Assembly (NCBI GenBank): GCA_963794125.1
Contig: CAWCCW010000009.1
Coordinates: 1,238,007-1,302,006 of the forward strand
From: an uncultured Acidimicrobiaceae bacterium
GTDB lineage: Bacteria > Actinomycetota > Acidimicrobiia > Acidimicrobiales > Palsa-688
DNA length: 64,000 bases
Direction: 5' to 3'
A model generated the notes under the pieces. It had not been told where the DNA came from. It ran no database searches and saw only the letters and a list, made by a program, of their open reading frames with translations. Positions 56,388 through 64,000 of this stretch are shown here, one piece after another. How positions within the stretch are numbered: the first letter of the stretch is position 1; each line of letters starts with the position of its first letter. A program made the position numbers and the translations under genes.

Positions 56388-56610
56388 CACCCTCGGCGGG
56401 CCGGTTTGGCCACACCCACAGGTCAGGCGCTCGTTCGTCATTTTCTCTCGGGTAGCCGGCGTCCCGGTCGCTGCGCCAGAGAGGCCGGTCCTTGCGCGAG
56501 AGATGCGAGAGATGACTGCCGTCTGGCCGTTCACAGGCCAGCCGCTAGCATGAGGGCCTGACCACCGTCCTCCACGTCGAGGGTCAAGCTCAGGGGGCAC
56601 GACGGACCAG

Positions 56611-58460
56611 TTGAACTCGGCATCGCCACCCCGTTCGACCGCGCCACCACCGGGTTCGGCGGCGCGCCTGAAGCGGGGCGGGGCCACGGTGGCCGTGGCG
56701 GCTGCCTACTTGGTGGCCGCCTATGCCATGTACGGCCGCCTTCGACCATTGGACCGCGCCCACCTACCCACTTGCACCTGCGGTGACATCGTGAACCAGG
56801 TCTGGTTCTTGGCCCTTGCCCTTCGCATGGTGGGGCACGGTCAATTATCGTTGTGGACCAACCTGCTCAATTATCCGGTGGGCATCAACGCGGCGGACAA
56901 TGCCAGTTTCCCGCTGCTTGGGTTCGGTGTCAGCCCTATTACGGCTTGGCTGGGCCCCGTCGCCGCCTTTGCGCTGCTGGTCCGGCTGAGCTTCTTCCTC
57001 TCAGCGTTGTCCTGCTTTTTGGTATTAAAGCGACTGGTCCGTTCCCGAATTGCGGCCGCCTTAGGAGGGATCCTCTATGGGTTCTCGCCGTACATGGCTC
57101 ATCAGGGTGCCTCTCATATGTTCCTGATATTCGCGCCGCTCCCGCCCGTGTTGTTTTTTCTCGTGTACCGTCTCTTCGTCACGAGACTCGTCCATGATAA
57201 TTTTAGGACCGGCCTTTTACTGGGAGCTCTTATCAGTGCTCAATATCTGATAAGTAGCGAAATAGCGGTTTCCTTTGTCCTCATGACCGGCCTCACGTTG
57301 GCTTGGTTCGGCGTTCGCGCCCTCTACCGGTACCGGTCGTTGGTTGACGGGGCCCGCGTGGCGGCGACCGTGCTGGGCGGGGCGGTGCTGGTAGCCGTGC
57401 CGCTCCTGGCCTACCCGGCATGGGACGCCCTGGCCGGGCGCCAGCACGTGGCCGGCCCCACCCAATCGGTTTCGTCACCGGGCATCGAGGTGCTGTCCGC
57501 CGTGTTCCCGGTCGACCGCTTCGTCCTGGCCGGCCTGTGGCGACCGTGGAGGGTACCCCCGGTCGCCCTTCTCGGTGACACCGGCTATATCGGGGTTCCC
57601 CTCCTCATAGTCCTCATTTACATCTCCGTGCGCTACCGGAGGCGGGCTTTGGTGAGAGGAGCGACGGTGCTGGGCGTCATTTCCTGGGCTCTGGCGTTGG
57701 GCCCCGCCTGGCCCTCTCCGACCACACCACGAACATCCCGCTCCCCTTCGCCCTCCTCACCCACATCCCCGTGGTGCAGGACCTCGTCCCGAGCCGCCTG
57801 ACGCTCTACACCTACCTCGCCGTAGCGGTGCTCCTGTCCGTCGGGTTGGACGAATTGTTGGCCCGCGCTCTCCCCGCTCGCTTGTGGGCCACCGGCCTCG
57901 CCGTAGGCACGGTGCTCGGGTCGGTGGCGCTTATGGCTCCCGATACGACATACCCGGTGACGGGCTTGGCCGGAGCGCAGGTGTTCTCTGAATTGGCGGT
58001 GGCCCGCCAGATACCGCGTGGCGGTGTAGTGCTCGCCTACCCGTACCCTGTCTTCCCCGACGACCAGGCCATGCTGTGGCAGGCCCTCAGCAATATGCGC
58101 TTCTCGCTCGTCGGAGGGTACGTAGTCCGCCCATTACCCGACGGCAGCGGCACCAAAGTGCCTCCGCTCCTGTTCCCGTCCGCCGTGCCCTCTTTCTTGC
58201 TCGAAGCTTGGTCCGGGCCGGTTCCAAGCGCCCAACTGGCATCCTTTGAGGACGCAAAATCCCAGCTGCGAGAGTTCGCGGCCCGGTACGACATCTCCAC
58301 TGTGGTCGCACAAGCGGCGGGGCGTCGTCCCAGTCAAGTGGTCGCCATGGTATCGAGCGTCTACGGGCGCCCAGTGCACAGAGGAGACATCGATTTTTGG
58401 TTCAACATCAGGCGTGGGACGCGCCTCGAACACAGAGAACGTCTGGCCCTGGCTGGATAG
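56611..58460 (+). CDS. large polytopic membrane protein (glycosyltransferase-like topology), frame-disrupted
   Basis: ORF 56611..57801 has many TM helices. ORF 57771..58460 continues (..HTTNIPLPFALLTHIPVVQDLVPSRL in-frame upstream of its start). Adding one C to the C4 run at 57702-57705 joins them. Function not recognised. Confidence 0.6.
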
Positions 58461-58515
58461 GATGGCGTTCAATCAATCACCACTGGCGTGGGGCATCGTC
58501 TTCAGGGGAGGAAAA

Positions 58516-59295
58516 ATGTCTGTCAGCGTGGATGACTTACCCGGCGCGTTGGCCCAACTCGGGGCATCGCGCCATCTGCTCAGTGACGTGGAGCGCGATC
58601 ATCTCGACGAGGACGGCTTCGTCGTGCTGGCCGGCTTGCTCGACGGTGATCAGGTTGACGCGATGCGCCAACGCTATGACGACCTCGTTGCCCTCGAGGG
58701 CGAGGGCGCCGGGGCCGAGTTCCACCAGGAGACGGGGACGCATCGATTGGCCAACCTGGTTAACAAGGGCGCGATATTCGATGCATTATGGACCAATCCC
58801 AAGCAACTGGCTGCCATTGACCATGTGCTGAACGGACGCGAGATCAAGTTGAGCTCGCTAAACGGACGCACCGCGCTACCGGGCGCCGGTCACCAGGGTC
58901 TACACACTGACTGGGCCCGGGCGGTGACGGCAGGAGAATACGAGGCCTGCAATTCAATGTGGATGCTTGACGATTTCACGGCCGAAAATGGCGCCACCCG
59001 TGTCATCCCGGGCTCGCACCGCTGGGCGACGCTCCCGGCCGAAGCGTTGGCTGACCCGGCCGAAGCCCATCCCGATCAAATCCTGGTGACGGGCCAAGCG
59101 GGCAGCGTCGTTGTCTTTAACGCCCATTTGTGGCACAGCGGCCGGAACAACGGCACCGACCGACCACGCCACGCCATCCACGCTTTTTTCGTACGACGGG
59201 ACGCGAAGCCTCAGACCGTCCAACGGGATTATTTGCTGCCCGAGACGGCAGCGCGTCTGCCCTCAGGTGCCATTTATTTGCTCGACGCAGCCTGA
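58516..59295 (+). CDS. phytanoyl-CoA dioxygenase (PhyH) family Fe(II)/2-oxoglutarate oxygenase
   Basis: ATG at 58516 after ggggagg. HQGLHTDW ... NGATRVIPGSHRW ... HSGRNNGTDRPRHAIHAFF. Confidence 0.8.
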   Translation: MSVSVDDLPGALAQLGASRHLLSDVERDHLDEDGFVVLAGLLDGDQVDAMRQRYDDLVALEGEGAGAEFHQETGTHRLANLVNKGAIFDALWTNPKQLAAIDHVLNGREIKLSSLNGRTALPGAGHQGLHTDWARAVTAGEYEACNSMWMLDDFTAENGATRVIPGSHRWATLPAEALADPAEAHPDQILVTGQAGSVVVFNAHLWHSGRNNGTDRPRHAIHAFFVRRDAKPQTVQRDYLLPETAARLPSGAIYLLDAA

Positions 59296-59302
59296 GCCGA
59301 GG

Positions 59303-60106
59303 ATGTTAACCTCCGAACAAGCCGAGACGTTCGCGCGCGATGGCTTCGTGGCCGGGCCTGTCGTGCTCGACGACGCCAGGGTCGACGAACTTCGCCGAGA
59401 ACTCGACCGGGTCATTTCCGACCAGGACCGCGCAGATGTGGCCCAGCCTGTTCGGGTGGCCAACCTCGACGATGAGGCCAAGCCCGTATGGCAGGTCGTC
59501 AATATTTGGCAGGCCAGCTCATCTTTTCGTCGGCACCTGGCTCACCCGCTCATCGTCGAGGACGTAGCCCAGCTCACTGGCGCGCGGCAATTGCGGGTCT
59601 GGCACGACCAGATCCAGTACAAGCCGCCCCGACACGGTGGCGTTAATCATTGGCACCAAGACGCGCCGCTGTGGCCTCCGATAGAGCCAATGACCCAGGT
59701 CACCGCCTGGGTCGCCTTAGACGACGTAGATGAGTCCAACGGTTGCATGAGCATGGTGCGTGGATCGCATTTATGGGGAGACCAGATGGACCACCTCAAC
59801 GCCATAAGTCCCAGCCTGGACCTACCGGGCTCGTTCGACGGGCACCGAGTCGAGATTTCTCTTCGCCCGGTGAAAAAGGGCCAGGTTCACTATCATCACT
59901 CGGTCACCTGGCATTCCTCGCATGGCAACCAGAGCGACCGGCCGCGACGGGCCATAGCCGTTCACTACATGACCGGGGACACCCGCCACGTCGCCTCCGG
60001 GAAAGACCACCCGATGCGCCCCTTTATTACGGTGGCAGACGGCGAGGTACTGACCGGAGATGCATTTCCCCTGGTCTACAACGGCAAACCGGTCCCTCCG
60101 AAATAG
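59303..60106 (+). CDS. phytanoyl-CoA dioxygenase (PhyH) family oxygenase, paralogue
   Basis: ATG at 59303. VNHWHQDAPLW ... NGCMSMVRGSHLW ... HSSHGNQSDRPRRAIAVHYM. Confidence 0.8.
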   Translation: MLTSEQAETFARDGFVAGPVVLDDARVDELRRELDRVISDQDRADVAQPVRVANLDDEAKPVWQVVNIWQASSSFRRHLAHPLIVEDVAQLTGARQLRVWHDQIQYKPPRHGGVNHWHQDAPLWPPIEPMTQVTAWVALDDVDESNGCMSMVRGSHLWGDQMDHLNAISPSLDLPGSFDGHRVEISLRPVKKGQVHYHHSVTWHSSHGNQSDRPRRAIAVHYMTGDTRHVASGKDHPMRPFITVADGEVLTGDAFPLVYNGKPVPPK

Positions 60107-60157
60107 CATCGTCAGCTTATGCCTGTCGGCTGGCTGACCAGAGATGAGGTGTACTCA

Positions 60158-61183
60158 ATGAGCGCTCCCACGATGCAGCGGCTGCGTCTAAGCGGCAACC
60201 GCCAAGCTGCGGTTGAGGAAGTCGATTTACCCGAGGCACAGGGCGACCAAGTAGTAGTACGCGTCAAGGCGTCGGCCTTGTGCGGGAGCGACCTGCACGG
60301 GTTGTACCGTCCGGAGCAGGGCTCGCGCTTTACTCCCGGGCACGAGGTCGCCGGCGAAGTGGTCGCCGTAGACCGGGCCGTGCGGGCCCGGGTGGGCGAC
60401 CGGGTGTCGTTGCACGCTCCCGCTGGTTGCGGTGAATGTTCGTTTTGCCGGAGGGGGGCACTGATAATGTGCTCTGCCGGCACCACTCTGGGCTTTTCCC
60501 GAGACGGCGGCGACGCTGAGTACGTGCTCGTCCCCGAGCGCGCCTGCCTGCCCCTACCTGATTGGGTCTCGTTCGAAGTTGCCGCCCTCATCGGCGACGG
60601 CGTGGGGACACCCTTTCGAGCGCTGATGAAAGCGGGCGGGATCCGCGCTGACCAGGCACTGGGTGTGTTCGGTCTCGGTCCCGTCGGCCTGGGGGCGTCG
60701 ATGCTTGGAGTGCGGTTCGGGGCGCGGGTGATCGGCGTGGATGTAAATGCGGACAGGCTGGCATTGGCAAAGGAACTGGGGGTGGCGCACCTTGTCGACG
60801 CCTCCACCACAGACGTTGGCGCCGCTGTGCGTGAACTCACGAGAGGCGTCGGCCTCGACGTGGCCATGGAGTGCGCAGGCAGCGACGTCACCCTGCGCTA
60901 CGCGCTCGACAGTACCCGGCACTTTGGCCATATTGCGCTCGTCGGCGAGCACCGCGATGGCGTAGCTACCATCGACCCTTCACGCCACTTTCTCGGCCGA
61001 GAGCTAACGATGACCGGTACGAGGTATTACCACCTTTCAGACTACGAAGAGATCCTGGCCCTGGTGGCGGACGGCTTGTCGCCCGAGAGGATGATCACGC
61101 ACCGTTTCCCGCTCGGCGACGCTCCGCACGCTTTCGCCCTCTTCGATGCCGGCGAAACGGCCAAGACGCTGCTGCTCTTGTGA
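60158..61183 (+). CDS. zinc-dependent alcohol/polyol dehydrogenase (MDR family)
   Basis: CGSDLHG, GHEVAGEVVAV, GCGECSFCRRG and GLGPVGLGA. ATG at 60158 after gaggtg. Confidence 0.85.
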   Translation: MSAPTMQRLRLSGNRQAAVEEVDLPEAQGDQVVVRVKASALCGSDLHGLYRPEQGSRFTPGHEVAGEVVAVDRAVRARVGDRVSLHAPAGCGECSFCRRGALIMCSAGTTLGFSRDGGDAEYVLVPERACLPLPDWVSFEVAALIGDGVGTPFRALMKAGGIRADQALGVFGLGPVGLGASMLGVRFGARVIGVDVNADRLALAKELGVAHLVDASTTDVGAAVRELTRGVGLDVAMECAGSDVTLRYALDSTRHFGHIALVGEHRDGVATIDPSRHFLGRELTMTGTRYYHLSDYEEILALVADGLSPERMITHRFPLGDAPHAFALFDAGETAKTLLLL

Positions 61184-61190
61184 TTTAGTC

Positions 61191-62006
61191 TCAACCCTGG
61201 CTGTGTAGCGCCTCGTACAGGAGTAGAGCGGCGGCGTTGCCGACGTTCAACGAGTCGGCCATACCCATCATCGGGATGGAGACTTCCAGATCCGCCGCCC
61301 GGCGCCAGAATTGGGCCAGCCCATTTCGCTCGCTCCCGACCACGAGGGCGACGCGACCGCTGTAGTCCGCCTCGCGGTAGGACAATTTCGCCAACGGGTG
61401 GGCGGCAATGACCCGGAAGTCCAAAGCCCGTAGCCATTGGAGTGCTTCCTCATGGTCCATCCTGAGTATTGGGACCGAAAACAACGTCCCCATGCTCGCT
61501 TTGACCAACGCCGGGTTCGTCAGTCTGAGACGGCCACCCGACACGATGACACCGGCGGCGCCCGATCCATCGGCGCAGCGGATTACGGTGCCGAGGTTGC
61601 CGGGTAGTTCGAGGCTGTCCGCGACTGCGATCCTGGCCGCTGTCCCCGGGACAAGGTCCGAGGGCCCTGTGCGGGAAAGCTGGGCAATGGCCGCCAACCC
61701 GTCGGGGCCGTCGCGGTCGGAAACGCGACGCAGAACGCGTTCGCTGACCTCCAACCGGTCGACGTGGCCGCCGACCCGGGCGAGGACGTCCTCAATGTCC
61801 TCGCCGCGGAGAAGGGCGGGGCACACGAAGATCGCCTTAAGGGGAAGGGACGCGGCTATCGCCGCCCTGATCGCCCACAAGCCTTCCAGGGCAACGGAAA
61901 GTTCGTTTTCGGGCCGCCGGTTCCGCTTGATGTTTATTAACTCTTGGACCAGCGGGTGCCCATACCCAGCTGGTTCGAGACTGTGTGGATGCCTGGCAGG
62001 CACCAT
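61191..62006 (-). CDS. TrmH/SpoU family RNA 2'-O-methyltransferase
   Basis: NLGTVIRCADGSGAAGVIV, ALVVGSERNGL and IPMMGMADSLNVGNAAALLLYE. Confidence 0.85.
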   Translation of the reverse strand: MVPARHPHSLEPAGYGHPLVQELINIKRNRRPENELSVALEGLWAIRAAIAASLPLKAIFVCPALLRGEDIEDVLARVGGHVDRLEVSERVLRRVSDRDGPDGLAAIAQLSRTGPSDLVPGTAARIAVADSLELPGNLGTVIRCADGSGAAGVIVSGGRLRLTNPALVKASMGTLFSVPILRMDHEEALQWLRALDFRVIAAHPLAKLSYREADYSGRVALVVGSERNGLAQFWRRAADLEVSIPMMGMADSLNVGNAAALLLYEALHSQG

Positions 62007-62215
62007 GCACCTCCGTGCTCATGGCAGGAGGTGTACGGGCGCGGAACTACTGTCCCAGTAAGGGCGGGTTCGGCACGCCGTTTCTCCCGCCGCTTCCTCC
62101 GACGCATGGGTGGAAGCGGCGGGCGCCAAGCGTTGGCGTGAGCGCCTTCATTCGCCAGGGGCGTGGTACCCCTTGGCCACGGTGGGCCTGCATCGTCGGG
62201 GACGCTACTGCTTCG

Positions 62216-64000
62216 TTACGCGCCGTGCGGGCTATTTTCTGCGGCTTGGACCAGCAGCGTCTTGACCTCGAAGGGACGGAAGCCGAGGGCAACCTCGATG
62301 TCGCCCTCTGCCCCGGCGGCCGTCTCGAGACGACCGGTCACGTCCTCTACGATGTTCGCCGCCAGCACAGTCGCCCCCGCCGGTAGCCCGGCGAGACGAG
62401 CCCGGGCGGGGCGGCCCGCGCTTTCATGGAGGCGGACGACGACCGCCCCGTCACCCCGGGCGGCGTATTTCAGAGCGTCGATCACCACCGTGGACGTCTC
62501 TCGCAGATGAGGTCGGCCGGCGCCTCCTGCCTCGGGGGCCACCGCCGTGGCGTGGCCCGAAGCCACCGTGGCGCCGGCGGTTGCGCCCACCGCTCGGCCC
62601 CGCAAGGGAGTGTTGAACCCGGCGGCCAGCTCTCCCAGACGAGCGTCGCGCCAATCTCCGGCGTGCGGCACGACGGCAAACGCACACTTGGTCACGGTCC
62701 CACAGTCCGAGACCGTGTCCGGCTCGTAGCTGCTCCGCACGACGTGGGCCCGCAAGCGGGAACCGAGGGCGTCGAAGCCGTACTTGCTGTCGTTCAGAAG
62801 AGCCATCCCGTAGTCCGGGTTGCCAATGTGCGCCCAGCGCAACCCGGGAACGACCAGCCCGTCGGCGGGACGGCTATCGGCGCCGAAGGGCGTTTCGTAC
62901 ACTGCCTCGCACGCCGACAAGCGAGTGCCAAAGGACAGCGCCAGGTTCGGGATACCGATATGCGGCCCGCCCGGCTCGTTCCAGCTCACCTCGAGCTCGA
63001 TATCGATGCGAGGGATAGCGGCAAAGAAGACCACTCTCTTGACGATGCTCGAGGACCGCACGGCATGGCTACTCTCCAGGACGACCCGCACCGGGCCGGC
63101 TTCCGCCACGCGGACCTCAGCGCCATCGATGAGGCTTTGCTCGGCATAGATGTCGTCGACGACCCACGACGACATGCCGTGCGGCCGCTCGTCGAACAGC
63201 TGCAGCACGCCGAGGCAGAGGTCGGGCCGGACTTGTTCGAAATTGACGGCCCGGGCGATGTTGTAGCCCACGAGCTCGCGGCGCGCGACTTTGTCGTAAA
63301 GGGTGGTAATGATCCCGCTCCCCCGCCCGACCATGGCGAAGAAATAGGGAGTATCTACCGAGAAGTAACGGGAATTGGCCTCTCGAACCTCAATCGCCGG
63401 AACTTCCGGCGCTTCGTTGGTGAGGCGGTAGGTGGAGGTGGCAAAGGCCGGTACCGACGCGACGAACCTCAGCCCGTCGGTCCCCCTCTGAGCGGCCACC
63501 CGAGTCCCGTGCTCGTCCACTAAGACGGCCACGCCCTCCCCGGCGAGATCCGGTACCACCACTACTTCCTGGCGGTCGCACCCGATCGGGTTGGTCACTG
63601 CTACCTCACCGGCCGGTACTTCGCGTGCCAAGGTGGCCAGCGCCTGGTCGCTTATCCCGCGGGCCTGGCCGAGTACCCGAGCGAGCTCGCCCGCGCTGAG
63701 CTGACGAGCATCAGCGATGGCTGACCCGCAAATAATGTCGTGGAACTGGTGGAACAGCGCCGTGCGCCAGAGCTCTGTTAGCTCAGCGGTATGCTCCACC
63801 CCGGCTAAGGCACACAGCGCCTCGGCGGCGACAAGCTCGTTCTCGACGGCACGGTTGTAAAACTTGACGTCGGCCTGGGACGTATAGCAACCCTCGAAGA
63901 TCGTCGGCGACTCGCTGCGGTGCTCGGGCAGCGGCACGCCGGAGGCGATCACTTCCTCGGCGAAGGCTCCGACCGTGGAACAGAAAATGGACGGCAGGCC
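62216..64000 (-). CDS. GH38 alpha-mannosidase, C-terminal part (5' end beyond the window)
   Basis: The ORF is open to the window edge. FHQFHDIICGSAI is the central GH38 motif, followed by the beta-rich C-terminal domains. Confidence 0.75.
   Translation of the reverse strand, partial: GLPSIFCSTVGAFAEEVIASGVPLPEHRSESPTIFEGCYTSQADVKFYNRAVENELVAAEALCALAGVEHTAELTELWRTALFHQFHDIICGSAIADARQLSAGELARVLGQARGISDQALATLAREVPAGEVAVTNPIGCDRQEVVVVPDLAGEGVAVLVDEHGTRVAAQRGTDGLRFVASVPAFATSTYRLTNEAPEVPAIEVREANSRYFSVDTPYFFAMVGRGSGIITTLYDKVARRELVGYNIARAVNFEQVRPDLCLGVLQLFDERPHGMSSWVVDDIYAEQSLIDGAEVRVAEAGPVRVVLESSHAVRSSSIVKRVVFFAAIPRIDIELEVSWNEPGGPHIGIPNLALSFGTRLSACEAVYETPFGADSRPADGLVVPGLRWAHIGNPDYGMALLNDSKYGFDALGSRLRAHVVRSSYEPDTVSDCGTVTKCAFAVVPHAGDWRDARLGELAAGFNTPLRGRAVGATAGATVASGHATAVAPEAGGAGRPHLRETSTVVIDALKYAARGDGAVVVRLHESAGRPARARLAGLPAGATVLAANIVEDVTGRLETAAGAEGDIEVALGFRPFEVKTLLVQAAENSPHGA

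Noticed and set aside
55926-56687. 253-aa ORF on the - strand upstream of mpa
   Set aside because: It overlaps the well-supported ferredoxin gene on the opposite strand and has shadow-type composition with no family resemblance.

Overview
High-GC actinobacterial-type chromosome segment, probably from an error-prone draft or MAG assembly. Layout: (1) 1-5.46 kb, the right end of an integrated phage-derived element. It holds a (GGCNN)n array, a Zn-ribbon protein, an HK97-type capsid, an HNH endonuclease and a tyrosine integrase, then CTGGACAG arm-type repeats and a tRNA 3' fragment (att). (2) 5.8-8.7 kb, an ICL/PEP-mutase enzyme and an epimerase-ECF41 sigma operon with a textbook ECF41 promoter. 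(3) 8.7-25 kb, mostly envelope or secreted functions: DUF4331, an ABC exporter pair, a BNR two-propeller protein, an 830-aa repetitive surface protein, EfeO/EfeB and a phospholipase-C-type phosphoesterase. (4) 25-37 kb, small stress-type genes (GYD, DJ-1/PfpI, LprI), an acyl-CoA dehydrogenase, a membrane GAF-GGDEF-EAL protein, enolase, a Zn-ribbon protein and a conserved repeat-rich protein. A 19-bp perfect palindrome, TTTCGTCAC-T-GTGACGAAA, recurs in the intergenic regions of this block. (5) 37-46 kb: DUF4193, long ThyX, a methyltransferase, an oxidoreductase, HelY and LepB. (6) 46-56 kb, a complete Pup-proteasome locus (pafCBA, prcAB, pup, dop, mpa). (7) 56-64 kb: ferredoxin, a membrane protein, twin PhyH dioxygenases, a Zn-ADH, TrmH and a partial GH38 mannosidase. 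At least ten conserved genes are frame-broken, mostly at G/C homopolymers, which I read as assembly indels. No rRNA, CRISPR array or intact tRNA was seen. Hairpin and motif coordinates were hand-indexed and could be off by 1-2 nt.
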